Shown here piece after piece: positions 8,998-18,183 of a stretch of 64,000 nt of DNA. Position 1 is the stretch's first letter; each line of letters starts with the position of its first letter. The stretch is from an uncultured delta proteobacterium (GTDB lineage Bacteria > Myxococcota > Myxococcia > Myxococcales > Anaeromyxobacteraceae), in contig CAWFDF010000014.1 in assembly GCA_963814585.1 (NCBI GenBank), positions 192,001-256,000 of the forward strand. Reading direction: 5' to 3'. The notes below the pieces were generated by a model. It searched no databases. It was not told where the DNA came from and was given only the letters and a program-made list of their open reading frames with translations. The translations under genes and the position numbers were made by a program.

Positions 8998-11565
8998 ATG
9001 ATCGAACCACGCACCCTGCGAACCGCCCTGGCGTCGATGGCCCTCCTGCTCGCCGCCACGGCGGGGCCGGCCGGGGCGGCGGAGCCGGAGCCGGTCCTGG
9101 CCGTCCCGCCAGCGGCCAAGCTGCTGGTCCCGGCCGAGCTCCCGGCCGGCACCGTCTTCACGTCCCCCGAGGTGCTGGTGGTGCTGTCGATCGACGTGGC
9201 CGCCACCGGCCTGGTCGAGGCGGTCCACGTCGAGCAGGGCGCCGGCGAGCCTTTCGACGAGGCCGCCGCCGCCGCCGCACGGAAGTTCGTCTTCGAGCCG
9301 GGCCGGCTCTCCACCGGCGAGGCGGTGCCGGTCACCATCAGCTTCCGGATGCGCCTCACCCCGCCGCTGGAGGCCCCGGCCCCGCCGCCGGCCCCGGTCC
9401 GCCTCGCCGGCCGGCTCCTGGAGCGCGGCACCCGCAAGCCGCTGGCCAACGTCGCGGTGGCCGCCCGCACCGGCGCCGAGCCGCTCAAGGCGACCACCGG
9501 CCCCGACGGCCGCTTCCTGCTGGAGGTGCCGGAACCCACCTTCACGCTGGTGGCGGTGCCGCCCGGACACGACCGGCTGGAGCTGCGCATCGAGGCGAGG
9601 CCCGGGGAGGAGCGGGAGGAGACCTTCTACCTGGAGCGGTCCGGAGGCGGGAACGAGACGGTGGTGAGCGCCAGCCCGGTCCGCCGCGAGATCACGCGCC
9701 AGGTGATCCCCGCCAGCGAGGTGGCGAAGGTGGCCGGCACGCAGGGCGACACCATCAAGGCGGTGCTCAACCTGCCGGGCGTGGCCCGCACCGCCTTCGG
9801 CTCCGGCCAGCTCGTCCTGCGCGGCTCCGGGCCGGGTGACTCGCGCGTCTTCCTCGAGGGCCAGGAGATCCCGCTCCTCTACCACTTCGGCGGGCTGCGC
9901 AGCACCATCAACCCCCGCTTCCTCGAGCAGGTCGAGTTCGTCCCCGGCAACTTCGCCCCCGACTACGGCCGCGCCACCGGCGGCATCGTCGACGTGAAGC
10001 TGCGCGACCCGGCCTCCGACATGGTGCGGGGCGAGGCCTTCGTGAACTTCTACGACGCCGGCGGCGCCGTGGAGGGCCCCCTCGGCGGCGGCTGGGCCGG
10101 CGGTGCCTCCTTCCGCCGCTCCTGGATCGACACCATCCTGCCGCTGGTGCTGCCGCGGGAGGCCAACCTCTCCTTCGACTCGGCGCCCCGCTACTACGAC
10201 TACCAGTTCCTGGTGACGAAGAGGCTCGGCGGCCAGGCGGTGCGCCTCCTCTGGTACGGCTCGATGGACAAGGTGGTGGTGATCCTCGAGCGGCCGCCCG
10301 ACGACCCGAAGATCACCGGGACCATCTCGGCCCGCACCATGTTCCACGCCCTGCAGGGCTCGATCGCCGGCGAGGTGCGCCCCGGGCTGCGGCAGGAGTC
10401 GAGCGTCCAGCTCTCGTTCAACCAGTTCCGCACCCAGTTCGGTCCTGAGTTCTTCTTCGACCTCGACGTGCCGCAGCTGGCCATCCGCAGCACCTGGACG
10501 CTCGATCTCGCCAGGGGGCTGCAGCTGCGCGGCGGGGTCGACGCCACCACCGCCGGCGTCACCATCAAGCTCAACGCCCCCGCACCGCCGAAGGAGGGCG
10601 AGCCCGGCACCCCCGTCTCCACCTCGAGCGTCCTCTCCCTCGAGGAGAAGACCAGCCAGGCGGAGCCGGCCGCCTTCCTCGAGCTGCGCTGGGAGCCGCT
10701 GCCCCCGCTGCTGGTGCTGGCCGGCGTCCGCGTCGACTGGTACAGCGCCATCTCCAGCGGGTCGGTCGACCCCCGCCTCGGCGCCCGCTGGGAGCTGCGT
10801 CCGGGCAGCACGCTCAAGGCCGGCGTCGGACTCTTCCACCAGCCGCCCCAGCCCGACGAGAGCGCTCCCGACGTCGGCAACCCCGACCTCGAGCCCGAGG
10901 CGGCCATCCACTACTCGGTCGGGTTCGAGCAGCGGCTCGGCGACGCCTTCGAGTCCGAGGCGACCGGCTACTCCAAGAAGGTCACCGGCCTGGTGGTGCG
11001 CAACCCGGCCGCCTCCTACGACCCGGCCCAGGTGCCCTACACCAATGACGGCACCGGGCGGGTCCACGGCCTCGAGCTGATCCTCAAGGCCCGCGCCGGC
11101 GACAGGTTCTTCGGCTGGATCGCCTACACCTTCCAGCGGGCCTACCGGACCGACGTCCCCGGCCAGGCGGAGCGCCCGTTCTCGTTCGACCAGCCGCACA
11201 ACCTGACCGTGGTCGGGACCTGGAACTTCGCCAGGGCCTGGTCCTTCGGCGGCCGCTTCCGCTACGTGTCGGGGAATCCGAGCACGCCCGTGACCGGCTC
11301 GGTGCTGGACGCCGGCAGCGGCGCCTACGTGCCGCGCTACGGGGCCATCAACTCGACGCGCCTCCCGGCCTTCGGCCAGCTCGACCTGAGGCTCGACCGG
11401 ACCTGGACCTGGGCGACCTGGAGGCTGGTCGGCTTCCTCGACGTCCAGAACGTCACCAACCGCGGCAACGTCGAGGGCTACTCCTACAGCTACGACTACC
11501 GGCAGAAGACCCCCGCCACCGGCCTCCCCATCCTGCCCATCCTCGGCGTCAACGCGGAGTGGTGA
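8998..11565 (+). CDS. TonB-dependent receptor with N-terminal TonB-C-like and carboxypeptidase-regulatory-like domains
   Basis: Signal peptide; FDEAAAAAARKFVFEPG (TonB-C-like); GRLLERGTRKPLANVAV; plug NLPGVAR...FAPDYGRATGG; barrel GNPDLEPE, QLDLRLD, DVQNVTN; C-terminal W. Confidence 0.9.
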   Translation: MIEPRTLRTALASMALLLAATAGPAGAAEPEPVLAVPPAAKLLVPAELPAGTVFTSPEVLVVLSIDVAATGLVEAVHVEQGAGEPFDEAAAAAARKFVFEPGRLSTGEAVPVTISFRMRLTPPLEAPAPPPAPVRLAGRLLERGTRKPLANVAVAARTGAEPLKATTGPDGRFLLEVPEPTFTLVAVPPGHDRLELRIEARPGEEREETFYLERSGGGNETVVSASPVRREITRQVIPASEVAKVAGTQGDTIKAVLNLPGVARTAFGSGQLVLRGSGPGDSRVFLEGQEIPLLYHFGGLRSTINPRFLEQVEFVPGNFAPDYGRATGGIVDVKLRDPASDMVRGEAFVNFYDAGGAVEGPLGGGWAGGASFRRSWIDTILPLVLPREANLSFDSAPRYYDYQFLVTKRLGGQAVRLLWYGSMDKVVVILERPPDDPKITGTISARTMFHALQGSIAGEVRPGLRQESSVQLSFNQFRTQFGPEFFFDLDVPQLAIRSTWTLDLARGLQLRGGVDATTAGVTIKLNAPAPPKEGEPGTPVSTSSVLSLEEKTSQAEPAAFLELRWEPLPPLLVLAGVRVDWYSAISSGSVDPRLGARWELRPGSTLKAGVGLFHQPPQPDESAPDVGNPDLEPEAAIHYSVGFEQRLGDAFESEATGYSKKVTGLVVRNPAASYDPAQVPYTNDGTGRVHGLELILKARAGDRFFGWIAYTFQRAYRTDVPGQAERPFSFDQPHNLTVVGTWNFARAWSFGGRFRYVSGNPSTPVTGSVLDAGSGAYVPRYGAINSTRLPAFGQLDLRLDRTWTWATWRLVGFLDVQNVTNRGNVEGYSYSYDYRQKTPATGLPILPILGVNAEW

Positions 11566-11567
11566 CC

Positions 11568-12476
11568 ATGCGCTCGCTCGACCGCACCTTGCTCCTCCCG
11601 CTGGCGGCGCTGCTGCTGGGCGGCTGTGCCGACACCTTCACCCCCGCCTCGGTGGTCGAGGACCTCCGGGTGCTGGCCATCGTGGCCGATCCGCCCGAGG
11701 TCCGGCCCCCGGCCGCGCCCGGTGCACCCACCGAGACGGTGACGCTGCGGGCCACCGTGGTGGCCCCTCCGGCCTCACCCGGCGGCCCCCCGGCGACACC
11801 GGCTCCCGCCGACGTGCGGTGGACCTTCTGCCCGTTCTCGGTGGGAGCCTCGAGCGGCTACGCCTGCGCCGTCCCGTCCTGCGAGACGCCGCTGGCGCCG
11901 GCCGCCGACGGGAGCGTCTCCGTCGACCCGCTGGTGCTGGGCGCCGCGTGCCTCTCCTCGCTGGGCGGCTCGCTCCCCGGCGCCCCGGCCGGATCGGGCC
12001 TGCCGGACCAGGTCGAGGTGCTGGTCCGCTACGTGGCCACGCTCGACGGGTTGCGGCGCGAGGCGGTGCAGCGGATCCCGGTCTGGATCACCTCGCCGCC
12101 GGCGACGCAGGAGCGCAACGCCAATCCGCTCGTCTCCGGCTTCCTGGTGGGAGCCGGCTGCGCCGGCGGCGCCTCCGGCTGCTCGGTGGCGTCGGTGGCC
12201 CTCAGCGTGACCATCGATCCGGCCTCCTTCCAGCCCTACCCGGCCGGCCCCGACCGGACCGTGGAGGAGACGGTGGTGATCTCCTTCTTCACCACCGCCG
12301 GCCGCTTCACCGACGAGCGTGACCAGGCCACCGTCGAGGCGCCGCAGGGCGGCACCACGCTCGAGGCCACCGAGCTGGCTGGCGCGACCGAGGCCTGGGT
12401 CTGGGCCGTGGCCCGCGACCTGCGCGGCGGCGAGGCCGTGGCCGGGCCGGTGCGGGTGGTCTTCTCGGTGCCGTGA
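11568..12476 (+). CDS. Cys-containing lipoprotein of unknown function, co-operonic with the TonB receptor
   Basis: LGGC lipobox and six further Cys; begins 2 nt after the receptor stop codon. Confidence 0.75.
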   Translation: MRSLDRTLLLPLAALLLGGCADTFTPASVVEDLRVLAIVADPPEVRPPAAPGAPTETVTLRATVVAPPASPGGPPATPAPADVRWTFCPFSVGASSGYACAVPSCETPLAPAADGSVSVDPLVLGAACLSSLGGSLPGAPAGSGLPDQVEVLVRYVATLDGLRREAVQRIPVWITSPPATQERNANPLVSGFLVGAGCAGGASGCSVASVALSVTIDPASFQPYPAGPDRTVEETVVISFFTTAGRFTDERDQATVEAPQGGTTLEATELAGATEAWVWAVARDLRGGEAVAGPVRVVFSVP

Positions 12477-12477
12477 G

Positions 12478-12591
12478 CCGCTACCAGCCGCAGGCGCGGC
12501 CGGCGAACGGCAGCGCCGGCCCGCTACCAGCCGCAGGCGCGGCCGGCGAACGGCAGCGCCGGCCCGCTACCAGCCGCAGGCGCGGCCGGCG
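12478..12591. repeat. 43-bp tandem repeat (2 full copies plus a 28-bp partial) containing the M2 peptidase stop codon
   Basis: Unit CCGCTACCAGCCGCAGGCGCGGCCGGCGAACGGCAGCGCCGGC at 12478 and 12521, partial copy at 12564. Confidence 0.95.
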
Positions 12592-14384
12592 TTCTGCTGC
12601 TCGAGCCAGGCCCGCAGCGGCGCGAAGTACTCCAGCAGCGCCCCGGCGTCGGCCTTGCCGCTGCCGGTGAGCGCCGCGTAGGCCTCCGGCCAGGGCCTCG
12701 ACATGCCCATCGCCAGCATGTCGTTCAGCTTCTTGCCGGCCGCCCTGGAGCCGTAGATGGAGCACTCGTGGAGCGGCCCCTTCCAGCCGGCCGCCTCGCA
12801 GAGCGACTTGTGGAACTGGAACTGGTAGACGTGCGCGAGGAAGTAGCGGGTGTACGGGACGTTGGCGGGGATGTGGTACTTGGCGCCCGGGTCGAAGTCG
12901 GCCTCGCTGCGCGCCACCGGCGGCGCCACGCCCTGGTACCTGGCCCTCAGCGCCCACCAGGCCTCGTTGTACTTCGAGGGCGGGGTCTTGCCGCTGAAGA
13001 CGTCCCAGCGCCACTGGTCGATGAGCTTGCCGAACGGCAGGAAGGCGACCTTGGCCAGCGCCCGCTTCAGCTGCACGTTGATGAGCCCCTTGTCGTCCTT
13101 GGGCAGCTCGCCGAGCAGCCCGACCTGCTTCAGGTAGCTGGGCGTGATGGAGAGCGCGATGGCGTCGCCGATGGCCTCGTGGAAGCCGTCGTTGGCGCCG
13201 TTCTGGAAGAGGACGGGCTGGTGGGCGTAGGCCCGCTGGTAGTAGTTGTGGCCGAGCTCGTGATGGATGGTGACGAGATCCTCCTCGTTCGGCTTGATGC
13301 ACATCTTGATGCGCAGGTCTGCGGCGAAGGTGACGTCCCAGGCGCTGGCGTGGCAGACCACCTCGCGATCGCGCGGCCTGGTGAGCTGGGAGCGCTCCCA
13401 GAACGTCGCCGGCAGCGGCTCGAAGCCGAGCGACGTGAAGAAGGCCTCGCCCAGCTTCACCATCCGCTTCGCGTCCCATCCCTGCTTCACCAGCGCGCCG
13501 CTCACGTCCTGCGAGGGCTGCCCCTTGAAGGGCTCGAGGTCGGCGTAGAGGTTGTCCCAGCTCTGCGCCCACATGTTGCCGAGCAGGTGGGCCGGGATGG
13601 GCTTCCGGTCCGGCACCTTGTCCGGTCCGTACTTCTTCTGCAGCTCGGCCCGGACGTAGCAGTGGAGCTGGTCGTAGAAGGGCTTCACCTCGCCCCAGAG
13701 CCGGTCGGTGTCGGCCTCGAAGTCCGCGGCCGGCATGTCGTAGCCGCCGCGCCAGAGCTCGCCGGTGTCCTTCCAGCCCAGGCCGCGGGCCCCCTGGTTG
13801 GCCAGCTCGACCAGCCGCTCGTACTGAGGACGCATCTCGCGCGAGATGGTGTGCCAGCCGGCCCAGGCGCCGAGCAGCTCGTCCCAGTCCCGGCTCTTCG
13901 CCAGGACCTCCTCCAGGTCGAGCAGGTCGCGGCAGGGCGCCTTGCCGTCGGCGCCGCACCACTTCGCCTTCCCGTAGAGCCCGTCGAGCCTCGCCGAGAT
14001 GGCCGCCATCTCGGCCTGCCTGACCGGATCGATCGGCGAGACCACGGGCAGGCCGGCCGCCAGCACCGACGGGTTGCGAAGCAACGTCAGCTGCCGCGCC
14101 ACCGCCGGCGACGAGGCCTGGGCGGCGTTGAAGTGGAGCGACTGGAACACCAGGCCGGTGACGATCGCCAGGGCGTCGGCGTTCAGCTCGGCGGCGAGGA
14201 ACTCGGTGTCGTCGGTGATGTGGGTCTGCCGGACCCAGTCGGCGCTGGAGGAGCGGACCCAGGCGCGGCGCAGCGCAGCATTGGCGCCGTCGACGAAGAG
14301 GGCGTCGGCCGGCTTCGGCCCCGCGGGCGCAGCGGAGGTGGGCGCCGCGGCGAGGGCCGCGGCGAGGACGATGGCGCCGATCAT
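12567..14384 (-). CDS. Peptidyl-dipeptidase A (M2 family, ACE-like zinc metallopeptidase), secreted
   Basis: HHELGH zinc motif, GANDGFHEAIGD, IPAHLLGNMWAQSW, CHASAWD, FDPGAKYHI; signal peptide. Confidence 0.95.
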   Translation of the reverse strand: MIGAIVLAAALAAAPTSAAPAGPKPADALFVDGANAALRRAWVRSSSADWVRQTHITDDTEFLAAELNADALAIVTGLVFQSLHFNAAQASSPAVARQLTLLRNPSVLAAGLPVVSPIDPVRQAEMAAISARLDGLYGKAKWCGADGKAPCRDLLDLEEVLAKSRDWDELLGAWAGWHTISREMRPQYERLVELANQGARGLGWKDTGELWRGGYDMPAADFEADTDRLWGEVKPFYDQLHCYVRAELQKKYGPDKVPDRKPIPAHLLGNMWAQSWDNLYADLEPFKGQPSQDVSGALVKQGWDAKRMVKLGEAFFTSLGFEPLPATFWERSQLTRPRDREVVCHASAWDVTFAADLRIKMCIKPNEEDLVTIHHELGHNYYQRAYAHQPVLFQNGANDGFHEAIGDAIALSITPSYLKQVGLLGELPKDDKGLINVQLKRALAKVAFLPFGKLIDQWRWDVFSGKTPPSKYNEAWWALRARYQGVAPPVARSEADFDPGAKYHIPANVPYTRYFLAHVYQFQFHKSLCEAAGWKGPLHECSIYGSRAAGKKLNDMLAMGMSRPWPEAYAALTGSGKADAGALLEYFAPLRAWLEQQNAGRACGW

Positions 14385-14415
14385 GTGGGCTCCGGGAGGC
14401 GGGAAGCGCCGCAGC

Positions 14416-14640
14416 TCAGGCGCCGCGCCGGTCGTTGGCGAAGGAGGTGGCGTGATCGCGCGGCTCCGCCGCGGACTGGAACAGCCGGCACTTCTCGCAG
14501 GACCAGCTGTCCCAGTCGTGCTTCACCGCCACGTCGAGGCAGCCGTCGTAGTGGAAGCAGTAGAGGCTGCGGTAGCCCGACACGACCGTCTCGGAGCGGA
14601 TCAGCTGGGCGAGCGGCGAAGGATTGGGATGGAGGGTCAC
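14416..14640 (-). CDS. Small 4-Cys putative metal-binding protein (74 aa)
   Basis: GGGAG RBS before GTG; Cx5Cx13Cx2C pattern; GC3-biased codons. Confidence 0.7.
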   Translation of the reverse strand: MTLHPNPSPLAQLIRSETVVSGYRSLYCFHYDGCLDVAVKHDWDSWSCEKCRLFQSAAEPRDHATSFANDRRGA

Positions 14641-14808
14641 GGAGGCTCCCCGGACGGCGGATTGGGGCCGGACAGGCCAGGAGGACGCGCCAAGGTGCCG
14701 CTGACTGGCAGGTCAAGGAAATACCTCCGATGGGGGATCTTGCCTACATCCTCGACGTCATTGAGGTATGAGCCGAAGGACCGCCTGGGGCGGGGGGAGC
14801 AAGCAGCC

Positions 14809-15306
14809 ATGAACGAGCGTCCCTGTAGCGCCTGTGAGCTGCTCGCCGGGCGCCGGAGCGTCCCCGGCGGCGTGGTCTGGCGAGGTGGGGGACTGGCGCT
14901 CCACGCCCTCGACGGCCCGTGTCCGATCCCGGGCTGGCTGGTGCTCACCGCCGAACGCCATTGCCGGGCGCTCCACGACCTGGATGCCGGGACCACCGCG
15001 CAGCTCGGTCCCATCGCGCAGCGGGTGGCGGTGGCGCAGCGAGACGTGCTCGGGGCGGAGCACGTCTACGCCTTCGCCATCGGCGACATGCTGCACCACT
15101 TCCACCTGCACCTCGTGCCTCGCTACGCCGCCACGCCCCAGCGGCTGCGTGGGCGCGGCTGCTTCGACGCCACGCCGGCCGACGCGGTCGGCGAGGCCGA
15201 GCTGGCGGCCGCGGCCAGGCTGGTGGCGGAGGCGCTCGGCGCGGCTGGACCCGGTCAGGGCCCCGCCGGGATGAGCGGCGTCAGCCCGGCGCGGAAGTCG
15301 GGGTAG
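14809..15306 (+). CDS. HIT-family hydrolase
   Basis: N-terminal CSAC, PGWLVL..RH, HFHLHLVPRY histidine triad; GGAG RBS before ATG 14809. Confidence 0.8.
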   Translation: MNERPCSACELLAGRRSVPGGVVWRGGGLALHALDGPCPIPGWLVLTAERHCRALHDLDAGTTAQLGPIAQRVAVAQRDVLGAEHVYAFAIGDMLHHFHLHLVPRYAATPQRLRGRGCFDATPADAVGEAELAAAARLVAEALGAAGPGQGPAGMSGVSPARKSG

Positions 15307-16100
15307 CGGAGCGTCACGCCCAGGACCTCCCGGGTCCAGGTCGAGTCGATCCGCCGGCTCGGCCCACCCGCCGCCACGCCGCTCCTCGGCGGCTCGATCC
15401 CGAGCTGTCTCGCCACCCACTCGACCACCTCGCGGCGGCGTGGAGGGGCGGCGTCGCTGCCGTGATAGGCGGCGCCCGGCTCGCCCCGGTCGAGCGCGGC
15501 CAGCACGAAGGACACCGCGTCGTCGAGGTGGCACCAGTTCATGAAGGCGTCGTCGCCCGGCCCGAGCGCCATGACCCCGGAGCGGACCCGCTGCAGCACC
15601 CCCGAGCGCCCCGGGCCGTAGAGCCCGGAGAGCCGCAGCAGGCAGGCCGGCACGCCGGGCGCGGCGCCCCGGACCAGCCGCTCCGCCTCGACCAGCACCT
15701 CGGCGGTCGGGCTCGAGGGGGCCGGCGGCGTGGTCTCCACCACCAGCGAGCCGTCGCGCTGGCCGAAGACGCCGGTCGAGCCGGTGTAGACGAGGCGCCG
15801 GGCGCCGTGCCGCGCCGCCGCCTCGAGCAGCGTCCGGGTGGCCTCCACGTAGGCGGCCCGGTAGGCCTCGGCGTTGTCGGCGCCCGCCGACTGGCAGGCC
15901 ACCACGGCGTCGAAGGGCGGCAGCCGGGTCGCGGCCCCCGGCGCCGCGAGATCGACGGCCAGCGGCGTGATCCCCGGGGCCCGGAGCGCCTCGACCCGGC
16001 CCAGGTCGCGGCGCACCACGATCACCTGGTCGCCGCGCGCCGCCAGCGACCTGGCCACCACCGAGCCCAGCCACCCCGCTCCCGCCACCAGCACGCGCAT
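15255..16100 (-). CDS. NAD-dependent epimerase/dehydratase (atypical SDR)
   Basis: MRVLVAGAGWLG, YTGSTGVFG, LRLSGLYGPGR, NWCHLDD, LRYPDFRAG. Confidence 0.85.
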   Translation of the reverse strand: MRVLVAGAGWLGSVVARSLAARGDQVIVVRRDLGRVEALRAPGITPLAVDLAAPGAATRLPPFDAVVACQSAGADNAEAYRAAYVEATRTLLEAAARHGARRLVYTGSTGVFGQRDGSLVVETTPPAPSSPTAEVLVEAERLVRGAAPGVPACLLRLSGLYGPGRSGVLQRVRSGVMALGPGDDAFMNWCHLDDAVSFVLAALDRGEPGAAYHGSDAAPPRRREVVEWVARQLGIEPPRSGVAAGGPSRRIDSTWTREVLGVTLRYPDFRAGLTPLIPAGP

Positions 16101-16194
16101 CGGCCTCTCCTTCGCCCGCAGCATGTCGACCCAGGGCCGGTCGGCCCCCTCGGCCGCTGGCGGACGGCCGACCTCGTCGTTACCATGGGGAATC

Positions 16195-17385
16195 GTGGCT
16201 CGCCGGGAACCGCGGCGCCTCCGGGGCGCGATCCTCTCGCTCCTCGCGGCCGGGGCCTCCCTTCCGGGGTGTGGCACTCCCGGGCTGACCCGGTCGAGCC
16301 CGACCGACCTGGCTCGCCTGCTGGAGCGGGAGCTGGAGCGGAACCACGCCGCGGGCGTGGTGGTGGCGGCGGCCTGGGCGGACGGGAGGAAGGTGGTGAG
16401 CTCGGCGGGGTGGTCCCGGCTCTCGCCTCCGGAGGCCGCAACGGGCGAGACCCGCTGGCCCTGGTTCTCGGTGACCAAGCTGTTCACCGCCACCGCCATC
16501 CTCCAGCTCGCCGAGGCCGGGAGGGTCCGGCTCGACGAGCCGGCCGCCACCTACGTCCCCTCCTTCCGCCCGCGGGGCCACCGCCCGCCGACGGTCGGGG
16601 AGCTGCTGGCCCACACCTCGGGTCTCGCCAACCCGATCCCGGTGACCTGGATCCACCTGGCCAGCGAGGCCGGCCCGACGCTCGACGAGCTGACGGCGCG
16701 GCTCCTCGCTGCGCACCCCGATCTGGAGTTCGAGCCCGGCTCGCGCTTCCGGTACTCGAACCTCGGCTACCTGGTGCTCGGGCAGGTCGTCGAGCGGGCC
16801 TCGGGCGAGCCCTTCGAGGCCTACCTGCACCACCACGTGCTGGACCCGCTGCAGGCCTCGGGAAGCTCCTTCTCGGTGACCTCGGGGACCGCGACCGGCT
16901 ACTCGGCGCGGTGGTCCCTCATGGGGCTCGCCGCGTGGTGGATGCTGGACGCGCGGTTCTTCGGCGCCACCGAGAGCGGGTTGACCGAGCTGCGGCCCTT
17001 CTCGGTGGACGGCGCGCCCTACGGTGGCCTGGTCGGGACGGCGTCCGACCTGGTCAGGCTCGGCCAGGCGATGCTCGGAGGCGGCCAGCTCGACGGCCGC
17101 AGGCTGCTCTCGGAGGAGCAGGCGGCGCTGGCCCTGACGCCTTCCCGCACCACGGCGGGGGGCGCGCTCCCCATCGGGCTCGGGTGGCACCTCGGGGAGG
17201 TCGGGGGCGAGCCGTTCGCGCACCACATCGGGGGCGGCGGGGGGTTCCGATCCGAGCTGCGCATCTACCCGCGACTCGGTTACGCCATCGCCGTGATCGG
17301 CAACGAGACCAGCTTCGACACCGACCTGCTGGCCCGGGTCCTCGTCGAGCCCCAGGCCCCGGCGCCGGGGAGCCCAGGCCGGTAG
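16195..17385 (+). CDS. Serine hydrolase, beta-lactamase/AmpC-like family, probable lipoprotein
   Basis: SVTK (SxxK), LLAHTSGL, YSN, HIGG; LPGC lipobox after GTG 16195. Confidence 0.85.
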   Translation: MARREPRRLRGAILSLLAAGASLPGCGTPGLTRSSPTDLARLLERELERNHAAGVVVAAAWADGRKVVSSAGWSRLSPPEAATGETRWPWFSVTKLFTATAILQLAEAGRVRLDEPAATYVPSFRPRGHRPPTVGELLAHTSGLANPIPVTWIHLASEAGPTLDELTARLLAAHPDLEFEPGSRFRYSNLGYLVLGQVVERASGEPFEAYLHHHVLDPLQASGSSFSVTSGTATGYSARWSLMGLAAWWMLDARFFGATESGLTELRPFSVDGAPYGGLVGTASDLVRLGQAMLGGGQLDGRRLLSEEQAALALTPSRTTAGGALPIGLGWHLGEVGGEPFAHHIGGGGGFRSELRIYPRLGYAIAVIGNETSFDTDLLARVLVEPQAPAPGSPGR

Positions 17386-17393
17386 CGACCTCG

Positions 17394-18179
17394 CTACCCG
17401 TGGACCTTCCGCCCGAACTCGCGCATCCAGCCCTGCTCCTCGTCGGAGAGCGGCCCGCGCGCGAGCGCCGCCAGGTTCTCGCGCAGCTCCTTCACGTCCT
17501 TCGGGCCGGTCAGCACCACGTCGACGTGCGGGCTGGAGAGGCAGAAGCGGTAGCAGTCGCCGGCGGTCATGACCGGGCCGGTCCAGCCGCGGGGCGCCCG
17601 GAGCAGCTTCCGCCACGACGTGGCGGTGTAGGCCACCACCGCCGGCAGCCGCCTCGCCAGGTGGGGGAAGATGTCGGTCTCGGCCCCCGGGTGGGCGGCG
17701 TTGTAGCGGATCATGAGGACGTCGAGCGGGGAGTCGAGGGCCAGCTTCCCGGCCCGGGGCCGGTCGTGGATGGAGACCGCCAGCGCCCGGACCGCCCCGG
17801 TCTCGCGGATGCGGGCCAGCTCGTCGGCCATGGCCGGCGAGAGGCGCGACATCTTGCCGAGCCAGTAGAGCTGCAGCACGTCGAGGTAGTCGGTGCCGAG
17901 CACCTTCCTGGCCCGGTCGACGTACTTCTGCAGCTGGCCCGGGAAGAAGGTGAGCGTCGGCCCTCCCGCGATCACGTACCGCTCGCGGTCGCGCCGGCAG
18001 GCCTGGCGCAGCGGCCCGGTCAGCCTCGAGGCCCGTGGGTTCCAGAAGACGTACTGGAGCTGCTCCAGCGCCTCGGCGCAGCCGGCCTCGTCGAGGCCGA
18101 AGCTGGGGGCCAGGCCGAGCCGGTGGATCCGCTTCCCGCCCAGCGCCCGCACCGGGCGATGCGTGAAGCCGTCGGCCAT
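17394..18179 (-). CDS. Aldo/keto reductase family protein
   Basis: LGTDYLDVLQL, GAVRALAVSIH, IRYNAAH, VDVVLTGP...LRENL. Confidence 0.8.
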   Translation of the reverse strand: MADGFTHRPVRALGGKRIHRLGLAPSFGLDEAGCAEALEQLQYVFWNPRASRLTGPLRQACRRDRERYVIAGGPTLTFFPGQLQKYVDRARKVLGTDYLDVLQLYWLGKMSRLSPAMADELARIRETGAVRALAVSIHDRPRAGKLALDSPLDVLMIRYNAAHPGAETDIFPHLARRLPAVVAYTATSWRKLLRAPRGWTGPVMTAGDCYRFCLSSPHVDVVLTGPKDVKELRENLAALARGPLSDEEQGWMREFGRKVHG

Positions 18180-18183
18180 GCGG

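Noticed and set aside
12478..12591. Possible mini-CRISPR array
   Set aside because: The intervening segments are identical, the unit derives from the gene end, and no cas genes are present.
17381..17398. GGTAGCGA-CC-TCGCTACC palindrome containing both convergent stop codons
   Set aside because: Short, with a 2-nt loop and no U-tract; partly forced by the two TAG codons.
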